Notes: generated by a model not told the origin, from the letters alone. A DNA stretch of 62,987 nucleotides, filler included, from Octopus bimaculoides (GCF_001194135.2; 4 parts of 4 records of this genome joined end to end with filler, not necessarily neighbours in it), one strand, 5' to 3'. Counted from the whole stretch's first letter, positions 27,180-39,760 are shown. Numbers and translations are program-made.

Positions 27180-27474
27180 CTGTGTTTGTCCCCCTAGCAT
27201 TGCTTGACAACCGATGCTGGTGTGTTAATGTCCCCGTAACCAAGCGGTTCGGCAAAAGAGACCGATAGAATAAGTTCTAGGCTTACAAAGAATAAGGCGG
27301 TGCTCCACCATGGTCGCAGTCAAATGACTGAAACAAGTAAAAGAGTAAAAGAGAGAGAGTATCACTAAGAGTAAAAGATGCTTTATATGACACATTCTAC
27401 CAGATTCCGAAGTTTGAAAGTGTTTAGTTACAAAAAATTAATTTCTCGATGTCCCGTTCAAAGGGAAAAGATCC
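26199..27474. mobile_element. Foldback MITE with ~280-bp inverted arms, CCCTAA-like core and nested SINE
   Basis: 26199-26480 pairs with 26745-26917 plus 27361-27474. The core contains (TAACCC)-like repeats at ~26672-26728. Confidence 0.85.
26918..27360 (+). mobile_element. SINE family A, full length, inserted in MITE arm
   Basis: tRNA-like head (ggttcggtccc B box), internal (TA)n(TG)n, gtaaaaga tail; ATCA duplicated at 26914-26917 and 27361-27364. Confidence 0.9.
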
Positions 27475-27680
27475 CATATGTAATTACTTCTAATGTTCTA
27501 TTTAAGAGATATGGTGGAGTTGGGGGTATTATTTATAAATACAAGCGAAGGGAGGTAACTCTAGATTTAAACAGCTCAAACAACTTAATCAGCCAACCAA
27601 TTAATTAATTAATCACTCAATCAATCCAATTCTTGGTTACATAATGACGTTGCACATCATCGTCAATAAACATATAAATA

Positions 27681-28086
27681 GGCACAGGAGTGGCTGTGTG
27701 GTAAATAGCTTGCTTACCAACCACATGGTTCCAGGTTCATTACTACTGCGTGACACCTTGGGCAAGAGTCTTCTACTATAGTCTCGGGCCGACCATAGCC
27801 TTGTGAGTGGATTTGGTAGACAGAAACTGAAAGAAGCCCGTCATATATATGTATATATATGTGTGTGTATATGTTTGTGTGTCTGTGTTTGTCCACCCCA
27901 ACATCGCTTGACAACCGATGGTGGTGTGTTTACGTCTCCGTAAATTAGCGGTTCAGCAAAAGAGACCGATAGAATAAGTACTAGGCTTCCAAAGAATAAG
28001 TCCTGGGGTTGATTTGCTCGACTAAAGGTGGTGCTCCAGCATGGCCGCAGTCAAATGACTGAAACAAGTAAAAGAATAAAAGAATA
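27681..28086 (+). mobile_element. SINE family A, full length
   Basis: A box tggctgtgtggt, B box ggttca, same body and tail. Confidence 0.9.
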
Positions 28087-28339
28087 TACCTATGCATATA
28101 TAATACATATATACATGCACACACACATATATATATATATATGACCATATATATATATACATACCCACCTACACATATATATCCCCATACACATAATTAT
28201 GAGCAGAAAACAACCACATATACATGTTTATCTTAACATACATACATGTGTGTGCATGCATAAACATATACATACATAATACATAATTGCTTGCACAAAC
28301 ACATACCAGAGAATTTACACATAATATAAGTAACCCTTA

Positions 28340-28530
28340 TAAGGGAAATAACAAGACTTTATGGCAAATAATCCCTTTTGCTATGGAACTCAAAAATAAC
28401 ATAATAAAACCAATTTTCAGTTTAATTAATAAACATTTTGCAAAAGGAAAAAACAAATATTGGAGGATAATTAATAGCAAAACAATAAGAATAGGATATA
28501 GTCTAACACATAACCTAGCTACCAGATTCA
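28340..28530 (+). mobile_element. Penelope-like element RT-EN linker fragment
   Basis: LWQIIPFAMELKNNIIKPIFSLINKHFAKGKNKYWRIINSKTIRIGYSLTHNLAT resembles the PLE motif IIWFNPPF...LIDKHF...HKIFNRNTVKxSYSCMxN. Confidence 0.65.
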
Positions 28531-28574
28531 AGGGTGTAGAATTTATGGAGCAAATGATAGGTCTTTGTTGCATA

Positions 28575-29480
28575 GTCTTTGTTCATCCATAACTGACTTG
28601 TGGTTTAGGAGTTCATAGAAGTGTTCGATCCAGCAACCTGTGATTTCTGTTGATTTAGTAAATAGAGTGAAAGACTCCTTGGAAAGCAAAGGAGCTGATG
28701 TGGAGCTCTTAGGCACATAAACTTGCTTCATAAGATGGTAAAGCTTCTTGCTGTTATTTGTATCAGCAGCAGCCTGAACACCATGAGCAAGATCCTCCCA
28801 CCAAGTGTTCTGCATCTTCCTAAGAGATTGCTGCAGTAGTGATTTTACACTGCTATAGTGAGCAAGTGCTAGATTTTATTGCACAGCAGAAAGTCCTCTG
28901 TGTAGCAATACATTGTGGGCATGGCGCTTTTCAGCCAACAATTGCTGAACTTCAGCATCATTTTCATCAAACCAGTCCCTGTGTCTGGTTGCTTCATATC
29001 CCAGTGTTTCAGCAGCACATTGAAGAACCTGGTCTTGAAAATCTTCCCATGCTGCAGTATTTTCAATGCTGGACAAGCGACTCTGAAGCTCTTTCCTCAA
29101 CACAACATCATATACCTTGTGGATATTCAGATGCTCAGGAATGCTGACTGACCTCCTTCACTCTTTCACTCTAATCATCATCCGGAACTTTGCTTGCACC
29201 AGGCTGTGGTCTGTCCAGCATTCCGATCCATGAAAGGACTTGGCATTACAAATGTCATAGATGTCACGCTTGTGGATGATGAAATAATCTAGCAAGTGCC
29301 AAACTTTAGACCTTGGATGCACCCACGTTGTTGTGTGATCACCATGTTCTTCGCAGAGCTCCAGCAGCATGAGACCATTGCTATTCATTTTCCTTACTCC
29401 AAAATGCCCTAGGGAATTCCATGTTTGCCAGTCTGTTGCAACCCTGGCTTTGAAATCTCCCAGTAGATCCAAATGATATT
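28575..29480 (-). mobile_element. RTE/BovB-like LINE endonuclease-linker fragment
   Basis: LLGDFKARV, MNSNGLMLLELC, TWVHPRSKVWHLLDYFI, CWTDHSLV, HRDWFDEND, WIEHFYELLN. Confidence 0.85.
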
Positions 29481-30310
29481 GGAATTCATACACAGAATAT
29501 AGAAAACTTGTGGATGAGATTGAAAAGAAAAGTTTGGTGGCAAGTTGGGACATCGGATGAATTATTTTCATCTTATCTACATGAATTTCTATGGCGGAAT
29601 TCAATCCCAAAAGAAAAAAAACATTTGTTTATTTTTTTGGCTGCCATTGCTGAAGTGCATAATGTTGAGTAGGTGAATTTCTAGAACTGCATGCTGACCT
29701 TTGAATAAATATCTAATAAATATCTTTAGAAAAAAAAACAAAAAAACACGTGTGTGATTTATTTATAAACAGCTAAAAAAGAAAACGGATAATNNNNNNN
29801 NNNNNNNNNNNNNNNNNNNNNNNNNNNNNNNNNNNNNNNNNNNNNNNNNNNNNNNNNNNNNNNNNNNNNNNNNNNNNNNNNNNNNNNNNNNNNNNNNNNN
29901 NNNNNNNNNNNNNNNNNNNNNNNNNNNNNNNNNNNNNNNNNNNNNNNNNNNNNNNNNNNNNNNNNNNNNNNNNNNNNNNNNNNNNNNNNNNNNNNNNNNN
30001 NNNNNNNNNNNNNNNNNNNNNNNNNNNNNNNNNNNNNNNNNNNNNNNNNNNNNNNNNNNNNNNNNNNNNNNNNNNNNNNNNNNNNNNNNNNNNNNNNNNN
30101 NNNNNNNNNNNNNNNNNNNNNNNNNNNNNNNNNNNNNNNNNNNNNNNNNNNNNNNNNNNNNNNNNNNNNNNNNNNNNNNNNNNNNNNNNNNNNNNNNNNN
30201 NNNNNNNNNNNNNNNNNNNNNNNNNNNNNNNNNNNNNNNNNNNNNNNNNNNNNNNNNNNNNNNNNNNNNNNNNNNNNNNNNNTATATATATATATATATA
30301 TATATATATA

Positions 30311-30452
30311 ACTTAGCGGTTCGGCAAAGAGACCGATAGAATAAGTACTAGGCTTCCAAAGAATAAGTCCTGGGGTCGATTTGCTCGACTAAAAGGCGGT
30401 GCTCCAGCATGGCCGCAGTCAAATGACTGAAACAAGTAAAAGAGAGAGAGAG
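30311..30452 (+). mobile_element. SINE family A 3' half
   Basis: Direct match. Confidence 0.85.
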
Positions 30453-30659
30453 TATATATATATATATCATTACTAAATTATCTGAATTTTCCTTGTAAAC
30501 ATTAACTATTTAGAATATACATCACGATTCTATGACCTTCCAAAGTCTGTGGGGTAGAACTCTGTAGTTATGCCTATATAGTGTTTTCAATTTGTCACGT
30601 ACAAGAAGGAACTTTAAAAAAAAAAGAATTACATGATATCAGCCGTCAACAATTAGTGT

Positions 30660-30710
30660 GATCATGTGACAAGGTTCCCGGATGTCATCATTTACGCCGC
30701 CATATTCAAA
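30660..30710 (+). promoter_or_regulatory. Putative CENP-N core promoter motifs
   Basis: TCATGTGAC E-box (30662), CCGGATG ETS-like site (30678) and CCGCCATATT YY1-like motif (~30697) cluster 25-70 nt upstream of the ATG. Motif matches only. Confidence 0.35.
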
Positions 30711-30730
30711 TCTCAATTAATTTCAAAGCG

Positions 30731-30928
30731 ATGAAAATTACATTCCCTTCATTATCTGATTTACCTCTAACATGTTTGCGAGTGACTTTAATGCGATGTA
30801 AATCTGAAGATTTACATCCACTTTTAGAAAGATGGAATTATTTACCAAATTCAGTCCTTCTTAATTGGAAAACTCTTCGTCAGTGCATGAAAACACTTAT
30901 TGTTTCGGAAGTTATGAAACTTTGTCAG
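30731..30928 (+). CDS. CENPN: Centromere protein N (Chl4 family), first coding exon
   Basis: 66 codons, MKITF...[52 protein letters not shown], aligning almost gap-free with recalled human CENP-N FIKRTILKIPMNELTTILKAWDFLSENQLQTVNFRQRKESVVQHLIHLCE. Ends at a phase-0 donor CAG|gttaaa right after LCQ. Confidence 0.75.
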
Positions 30929-30977
30929 GTTAAACTATTTCGTTTTCTTTGTATAAATTCAGCCAATTACGACTTTT

Positions 30978-31262
<285 letters not shown>

Positions 31263-31342
31263 AAGCAAAAAATCCATTATTTTCGTTACTTTAAATTCTT
31301 TTTAATGTGGACTTTTTAAAATTTTAATTGTTTTGTATTTAG

Positions 31343-31400
31343 AAACATCATCTTTTTATTGATAAGTTAACTTGCTAGACCTTTCATAATCAAATGCATT
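31343..31400 (+). CDS. CENPN: Candidate CENP-N exon 2, frameshifted as assembled
   Basis: Strong acceptor ttttgtatttag. Phase 0 reads KHHLFIDKLT then hits TAG. A shifted frame reads LLDLS, and the original frame resumes NQMH, matching the register of recalled human EKRASISDAALLDIIYMQFH. Confidence 0.4.
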
Positions 31401-32040
31401 ATGAATTATTCGCTAATTCACGGTGGTGCACCAGCATGACCGCAGCCACTTGGCTGAAACACATAAATAAATAAATTAATTATATCCATGAGAGTTAGAA
31501 AGGGAATATGTTGAACTTTTCCCTCGTCTAATGAGTAATTAAACCACGTTACAGTAGATGTAGACTCTACATGAATTGAGCTTGCTGTTTCTATTCCGAC
31601 CGTAGCCATTTCACATTTGTTCATCACAGTATTTTAATTAGACATTTTAATGAAATATTAATGCCGAAGTTTTTGATAACATTTTCCATCAAGTATTTTA
31701 TGGTTTAGGCAATGTTTGATCAAGGCTCTCACATATGTTAGATTTTCCCCGTTTCGACGGGTGTTTTCCTAATTTTGCTTCAGCACGCTATTCGGGTGGA
31801 ATTTTGGGCTTAACTACAGTTTGGTCAATATAAAGATCCTCACCCGGGAACAAAATAAAAAATGACCATCCTGGGGGTATGTTAACAAGTATGTGGAAAA
31901 CGAATATGGAAAAAAAAAAAAAAAAAAATGCGCGCTGACTANNNNNNNNNNNNNNNNNNNNNNNNNNNNNNNNNNNNNNNNNNNNTTAATTAATTAANNN
32001 NNNNNNNNNNNNNNNNNNNNNNNNNNNNNNNNNNNNNNNN

Positions 32041-32410
32041 NATACCTATTGTCATAGGTGCCCTGGGAATGACAGCGAAACAGGCTGATTACTACCTAGC
32101 TCAGATATCAGGAAACCCCAAAATGGCTGAAGTTCAAAAGATAGTGCTCATGGGAACTACCCATATCCTACGTAAAATACTGTCTATGTGATCTCAAATT
32201 TTAAAACAAACACACATAATTTTCTTATGGTTTCTTAAACATTCTCTAGAACAACACTATGTACAAATCCAAATATATGGTACCCTAGGCATAACACCTA
32301 CATGAATTTCTAACTTGTTGTCTCTTGAGGTCTCTGGGTGAGACTTGGATCCAACTTGTACAAATGCAAAGCAAAAGTCAAACATAAAATAATAATAACA
32401 ATAATAATAA
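32041..32410 (+). mobile_element. R4/Dong-clade LINE 3' end
   Basis: IPIVIGALGM...EVQKIVLMGTTHILRKILSM* (RLE C-terminus), then a 3'UTR and an (AAT)n tail. Confidence 0.8.
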
Positions 32411-34400
32411 AGACAAACCCATCTAGAGATGGTGACTTGATAAAAATCCTGGTGGTTGTGACACTTTATCATTACTTTCTTCTGTAATGGATAAAAGAAT
32501 TAACACAAACAATGGAATAATGAGGACAGAACCTCAGGTGATGGACCCTCACCTGTTAGGTACCCTGTAAGTAAGCAACACAATCCTAGTTGTCATTATA
32601 CAGCTGCCAGAACAGAATGGTTTAAAGCAATGAATATAGCTGTCATGAAATGTTATTTTCTGCACAGACTCTTCGATGATGAAGACAATAAGAGGATATA
32701 GAAAGAGAATACCTGGAAATACACAACTTAGATATCATGGCACAAAGATTGTGTGACCAGGCAAAGATAATAAGGAAGAAAGGATGGTTAATGGCATTAG
32801 AGCTTGATGAGATTAAGAATGAAGTTGAAATGACTACAGAGAATGTTGATGAAGACCCTTGGAAATAAATGGATTCAAGAAAGTGGATAGAATTTTGCTC
32901 AGGAAGTGGACTTGGAAGGTGAATAAAATACTGAAAGAAATTAAGACAAATAATACAATGAGAACAAATAGATTGATTAAAGCTTACAACATCTATATAG
33001 GAAGGTAAGTAGGCCTCAAACCAAACTGTACAAGAGGACATGTAGCAAAAGACAGATAAAGCATTTGATGAACAAACTAAGAAAACATATCAACACTTTG
33101 GAAAGAAAGAAACAAGGTGAGATCAGGAAGGAGAAATATCAGGAATTAGAATATAGATACAGGATCAAGAAAAAGGGGGCTACATGTAGTCCTTGAAGGG
33201 CTGAAATTGCAGGCTAAAGCTACAAAAATCAAGAAGTATGACAAAAGAATTGAACGAAATAAAATCAATAGAATGTTACAAAAGGATCAGAAAAGGGCTT
33301 ATTAGCAGCTGAATGGAAAGGTTAACAACAACGAGAGACACTGAAGAAAATAGGAGGTTCTGGAGAAACATTTGGAAGAAACATTTGGAAGAAAGCATAA
33401 GAAAGGTGCTGAATGGTTGAAGGAAGTAAGATCTAAGAAAAATGAATTGAAACAGAACAGTAAAAGAATAACAGCTGAAATGGTGACCAAGCAGACAACA
33501 AAAGTTCCAGATTAGAAATGTCCAGGCTTGGATAAAGTACAAGGGTACTGGCTGAAATATTTCCTAGCATTACACAAAAGAATAGCTGCACAAATGGATA
33601 AACAATGAGGTGGAAATACCAAAGTAGATGACTGCAGGAATAATATCTAATTGTGTGTATCACTGCCTGGAAATGAATGACAAGCTGCCAGTGGAACAGA
33701 AGGGATGCAGGAGGAAAAGCCCAGGGACAAAAGATCAACTTCTGTTAGACAGACATGATGCTGAATGATATACTTATTTGGGTGTGGTTTGGATCAATTA
33801 TAAGAAAGCTTATGACATGGTCTCCGATTCCTGGATTTTAGAAAGTCTTGAGGTGGTATAGGTGTCTGATAGCATTTAAAATTTTATCAGGTGATCAATG
33901 GAGATTGGAATATAGAGTTAACATATTGTGAAAAAATTTGGTGTTGCTATTTGTGATTTGTATGATACTTCTCACACAGATATATTATGGAAAGTGACAT
34001 TGGGGTACACCTTGAAAAGTTAAATCACCTGTCATATATAGATGATTTAAAGATCTTCGGAAAGAGTGAATATGAAATAAATGGTCTGCTCTCAACAGTG
34101 CAGATATCCAGTAAGGATATTGGGATGGAATTTGGGATTAAGAAGTGTGGTATGCTTATTATAAAAAAGGCAATGTAGTGTCAGAGGAGGTAGCAAAGCA
34201 AAAGTGATCTGAAAAAATGCACCGAGGCATTAATATGCAGCACCCAGGAACAAGCTCTGAGAACATCAAGTTTCAAATAAATAAGAGCAATGAATCACCC
34301 TTTTGTAGGATGTGGGGCAGCATGTCATACAATATAGCTAGAGACAGAAAAAGCAGTGTATCAAAAGCTGTCTGAATTATGCCATGATTCTCTCAAATTG
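32411..34400 (+). mobile_element. R4/Dong-clade LINE, degenerate, 3'-truncated
   Basis: [99 protein letters not shown]. Confidence 0.85.
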
Positions 34401-34607
34401 AAGTAGATGTGACCAGAGAGAGAAATAAAAGAAAAAAAACCTATAAATAAAAAAATATATATATATAAAGTGGGAAGAACATTGACCAAACTAATAATAT
34501 AGGGTCATCAAGCCTGCATTATAAATCAGCTAAGGCTTGATGTAATGCAAGGGCTATAAGAACCAATTTCTTTTAAGACACATAAATATATATGGCATAA
34601 AAACAAA

Positions 34608-34653
<46 letters not shown>

Positions 34654-35644
34654 CATACCTTCACATACATATATAAACATAGACATGCATTAACACGCAT
34701 ATATACATTTACAAACATATATATAAACATACATACACATATACATGCAAACACATTCACACACATCCATACATACACACACACATATACATACATATAT
34801 ATATATACACACAAACATATACACATACACATCTGCACATGCATGCACACAATTATACACATACACATGTGTCAACGCATGATGCATATGTGTGTGTGTA
34901 CATGTATATACAGACACTCAGGTAATGTACAAAAATATCAAGATGCATCATAAATGTTCATAAACTCTATAAGTCAATATATCAATCTGGCCCACAGTCA
35001 TGGAGGATGTGCACTGCACTTGCAGAGAAGAGCACAACCAGAGGCAAATAAATAGAACGTTCCAGGTGTGGTGTAAATATAAACAGGTGTTCTGGTCAGT
35101 GGAAGTTAATCATAATCTGATAATATATCCCTTGTAGATCCTGTAGCCCTGGAGAGTGTGGTTGATCCTACATTCCTAAAGTTTGGTATTCCATGAGGCT
35201 GCTACTGACATGAGCCCATACAAGAAAAAAACAATGTATACAATGTATACATGTATACACACAAAGGAAAGGGGAAGAGAAGGTGGGTTCATGTAGGGTA
35301 TACATACAGGAGTGTACAGGTAGAGAGTATCAAGAAGTCATGTTAGTAGTCTGATGGCCATGAGATTTATGTTACCATGCCCCTGCATTAGTAGTGGGGC
35401 TATTTGCATACTAATGCACCTCCCTGTAGTTCAGGTACTTCCTCATCTAGTAATATCAGAATGTCCTACTCTTTTGGTGTGTGGAGTAAATTCCATTTTG
35501 CTATGTTTGCTAAGAATGTACTTACCATTAGCCAAAATAATCTCTAACCTTTTCCTTGTTCTTAACCTACATGACTGAATACCTAGTAAGGTACTGCATG
35601 CCCTAATACCAACCAATTACCTGTAATTTGTATTGTTCTATGGG

Positions 35645-36567
35645 ATTTAAATCTGGTGGGCTTGAAAACCATAAGTATGGTATTATATGATTGTAATGAT
35701 TGTCTGACATCCATTCTTGGGTTATGTGAACTTTGTGAGAAAGTGCCGAGTCTTATGGAAACACATATGGCCTTTCACTGCACACTTCACTCATCTAGGG
35801 TTCAAAAGCTGTCTCTAACATCACAATGTATCCATCAGCATTAATTCTAAGATCCTGTAGAAAGATGTGAGGTGGCATGACATGAAATTTGTAACTTGCT
35901 ATTCTTAAAACCATCACAGTTACTGGAAACTTAATATACATCACTCTGGGGACATCAGAAGGATCTGTATATAACAACCTGTCATTTCTCCTGATAGACT
36001 TTTGGTTTTAGTTGAAGTTTTTCTCATCAGAAAAGAACCAAATAATGCCATGTTTATGAGGAGTTTTGACCTTGTTAAATAATTGCTTGGCATGGATTAA
36101 ACAGATTTCATGTCTTTGCAGACATGAATTGGCCTCTGTTCGTAGCAATTGTATCAAATGCCACAGTTCTGATAGTTCACCTTGACACCTGAAGTTCTTT
36201 TGACAATAAGCCTCATTGATTTTCTGGGATCATCATTGATAACATTTTGACTGTGGGATGAATTGTCCTTATAGTGTCCAAATGTTTAAAAAATATTTTT
36301 CTCTTCGATACAGTATTCGCATCAGAGGCTTCCAGTTCCATATGAACATAGTGCACAAAAGATCTTGCAACATTTAGAAGTCAGCAATTTCTGGATTGTT
36401 GTATTCCATATATATGGCAATAATGATTGCATATTTGTATGTTATTTCATTCCTTGTGCTAGCTCTTTATCTGCCATAGGAAAACTGAAAGAAATAAAAC
36501 CTTTTAATTGGTTTGTAGAGAATAATATACTGATAATTAAGTGTTCTGAAATACCCCTTGCACCCTG
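35645..36567 (-). mobile_element. Tc1/mariner (maT/DD37D-like) transposon remnant
   Basis: WFFSDEKNF, NDRLLYTDPSDVPRVMYIKFPVTVMVL, VMPPHIF, RPYVFP*DSALSHK, SPPDLNPIE. Left end TA|CAGGGTG at 36567. Confidence 0.8.
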
Positions 36568-36595
36568 TATATGTATAATTAGATATATATATATA

Positions 36596-37464
36596 GGTAG
36601 TATGATCAATAAGTATCCGGACTGTTGCCATAGTAATGAAGCTAAAGCACACAGAGTGAAACTGCTTGGCACAGATTGACCTTGAACTCTGCTGTGCATG
36701 CATACTAAGTTTTAACATTGTAGCTTACTTCTGCTGTGTAAAGCAGTGCTTGGAAGGAAGGTGTGTAGCTTGTGATTATCGCAATGACCATGACAAAAAG
36801 TTGAGCAGAGAATCTGCATCAAATTTTGCCAAAAGCTTGGTGATAGCTGCTCAGGGGCCAACAAAAAGTTTTCAAAACGTTTTCATCATTCTTGGCACAA
36901 TAAAGAAGATCTTGTGCAACTGAAACCTGACTGTCTTTTTGGTCAGCTGAAAGCAGTTTGGGCACAAACTTTGCAGACACATATCTCATACCCAAATCTT
37001 CTGTGATAATGGACTGAACTATAACTAAATTGTACATCCTCTGATAACTCATAGATGGTGATTTGATAATTTTCCCCTCACAGATGCATGCACATCTATG
37101 ATGTTTTTCTCAGTTCTGCTGGTTACAGGTCTCTCAGAACATTCATCAATATTGACATTTTTTTCAACCATCTCGGAAGCATCTGGATCACTCATACACT
37201 TGTGTGTGGCTCATACACTCCTCTCCATACACTTTCTGCAACTTTGCATAGGCCTCTAAGCAGGTATCGCCATAACAACTTTCTCTATCATGGTCAATGC
37301 GATGATCACATGCTACACACGTTCCTTCCAAGCACTGCTGTAAATAGCAGAAGTGAGTTAGAATGTTCAAATTTAGTGCACATGCACAGCAGTATTCAAG
37401 GTCAATCTGTGCCAAGCAGCTTCACCCTGCATGCTTTAGCTTTGTTATTATTGATCTGACCTCG
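36596..37464. mobile_element. Mariner composite of two 5' ends in inverted orientation
   Basis: 36596-36870 (+) and 36870-37464 (-) both begin with the same TIR/5'UTR and HTH-coding start. The minus copy reads ETCLEAYAKLQKVYGEECMSHTQVYE...DLGMRYVSAKFVPKLLS. TA on both flanks. Confidence 0.8.
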
Positions 37465-37706
37465 TATAGACAGGATGTTAGGACACAGATGTTGGTAAAA
37501 ATTTCGTGGCCTTGATAAGCACTTCCCTGATATCCATAGATATAAGAAAATCTTTAACAGACGCTCCATGAAATTTTCTCTGTATGTGTGTGTGCATGAC
37601 AGGAGATGTGTGAATGTGTTTGTATCAGGTCATCTCCTAAGTAATGTCTGGACTTCTATATTTTCAATTTGTAAATACTTTAACAGTATTTTAGAATTTT
37701 TAATGG

Positions 37707-37908
37707 TGTTTGTTCCCCCAACATCATTTGACAACCGATGCTGGTGTGTTTACGTCCCCGTAACTTAGCGGTTCGGCAAAAAAAAAACCGATAGAATAAG
37801 TACTAGGCTTACAAAGAATAAGTCCTGGGGTCGATTTACTCGATTAAAGGCGGTGCTCCAGTATGGCCGCAGTCAAATGACTGAAACAAGTAAAAGAGTA
37901 AAAGAGAG
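37707..37908 (+). mobile_element. SINE family A 3' half
   Basis: Direct match. Confidence 0.85.
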
Positions 37909-37958
37909 TATCAAGTAATGTTTTTATGTATTTGAACATATTTAAACTAATTTGAAAC

Positions 37959-38330
37959 ATGGAAATGTCTAAGGAGCATTTGGAGCACATTAATGCTTTA
38001 TGAGTTTAAAAAAGAGAACTTTGCAGCTGAAGTGACTCAAAATATTCACACAGCTTATGAAGAAGAGTGCCTGAATGAAAGAACTTGCAGAAGATGGTTT
38101 GTAAAATTCAGAAGTGGAAATTTCAGTCTTGAAGATAAGGCCTGAACAGGACATCCAATTGAGTTTGATGACAAGCTCCTTTTTGGCAGAATTTGAACAA
38201 GATCATGCAGTTTCAGTTGAAGAAGCAAGCATTGTTCAAGCCATACAACTCTCCACCACCATCTTCAACAGCTTGGAAAGGTCCTAAAACTTGGAAAATG
38301 GGTGCCTCATGGTTTGTCTGAAGCCAACCA
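37959..38330 (+). mobile_element. Mariner transposase N-terminal fragment
   Basis: MEMSKEHL...LYEFKK...CLNERTCRRWFVKFRSGNFSLED...KLGKWVPHGLSEAN (WVPHEL-like motif). Confidence 0.85.
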
Positions 38331-38405
38331 CATATCCCAAGTGGACATTTGCCCTTCTCTTTGTTAATTTGAACTCATCTCACCCTGTTCTGCATACACA
38401 TATAT

Positions 38406-38444
<39 letters not shown>

Positions 38445-38744
38445 CATATATATATATATATATACATACATATCAGGCAGCCTATACCTATATCTGTCTA
38501 TCNNNNNNNNNNNNNNNNNNNNNNNNNNNNNNNNNNNNNNNNNNNNNNNNNNNNNNNNNNNNNNNNNNNNNNNNNNNNNNNNNNNNNNNNNNNNNNNNNN
38601 NNNNNNNNNNNNNNNNNNNNNNNNNNNNNNNNNNNNNNNNNNNNNNNNNNNNNNGTCTGAAGCCAACCACATATCCCAAGTGGACATTTGCCCTTCTCTT
38701 TGTTAATTTGAACTCATCTCACCCTGTTCTGCATACACATATAT

Positions 38745-38783
<39 letters not shown>

Positions 38784-38841
38784 CATATATATATATATAT
38801 ATACATACATATCAGGCAGCCTATACCTATATCTGTCTATC
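38316..38841. other. Assembly overlap: identical ~187 bp on both sides of an N gap
   Basis: 38316-38502 equals 38655-38841. Confidence 0.9.
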
Positions 38842-38849
38842 TATCTACA

Positions 38850-39152
38850 GCCTGCGATGTGTAAAAAGCACCATTTGAGTGTGGTCATTGCCAGTACTGC
38901 CTGACTGGCTCCTGTGCTAGTGGCATGTAAAAAGCACCATTCAGGCATGGTCGATGCCAGTACCGCCTGACTGGCCCTTATGCTGGTGGCATGTAAAAAG
39001 TGGTTGGTGTTAGGAAGGGCATCCAGCTGTAGAAACTTTGCCAGATTGGATTGGAACCTGGTGCAGCCTTCTGGCTTGCCAGCCCTCAGTCAAACCATCC
39101 AACCCATGCCAGCATGAAAAGTGTACGTTAAACAATGATGATGATGATGATA
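38850..39152 (+). mobile_element. RTE 3'UTR tail copy
   Basis: Same tail motif ending in (GAT)n. Confidence 0.75.
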
Positions 39153-39158
39153 TATATA

Positions 39159-39360
39159 TGGTGACCTGGCAGAATTCTTGGCAAATGCATAGAAGCATTT
39201 CATCCATCTTTATGTTCTTAGTTCAAATTCTGCTGAGGTCAACTTCACCTTTTATCCTTTTGTGGTCAATAAATTAAGTGCCAGTTGATTACTGGCATCA
39301 ATGTAATCGACTTACTACCTCCCCAGAAATTGCTGCTTTTGTGTCAAAATTAGAAATCAA
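39159..39360 (+). mobile_element. SINE family B, diverged
   Basis: Similar along its length to 50076-50287. Confidence 0.7.
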
Positions 39361-39404
39361 CACATGTGTGTGTGTGTGTGTGTTTGTGTGCACAAAGCTA
39401 GACT

Positions 39405-39760
39405 ATGCCATACATGCAGGCTCTTCAATAGCACCATTCTACCTACACTTTTATATGCAAGTGAGATATGGGCTACTATGAAAAGGGTAGAACATCGATT
39501 GGCTATGACACAAAGGATCATAGAAAGATCCATGCTACAAATATCACTAAGAGATCACATTCAAAATGAGCTAATTCAAAAATGAGATGAGTGAACGATA
39601 TGGTCACAGAGTACCGAAAGCACAAGTTCCACTGTCAGAAGATTCACAGACAGCAGGTAGACCTGTGCAGTTACTGAGTCGTATCCAAGAGATCAGAAAA
39701 GGCCACTTGGAAGGCCTCCATGATGATGGGAAGATAATTTGGTCAAGAAATTTGGGTCAA
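39405..39760 (+). mobile_element. RTE LINE C-terminal fragment
   Basis: LFNSTILPTLLYASEIWATMKRVEHRLAMTQRIIERSMLQISLRDHIQNE and KRPLGRPP. Confidence 0.8.

Noticed and set aside
38316-38841. Apparent tandem duplication
   Set aside because: Identical copies abutting an N gap indicate unmerged contig overlap.
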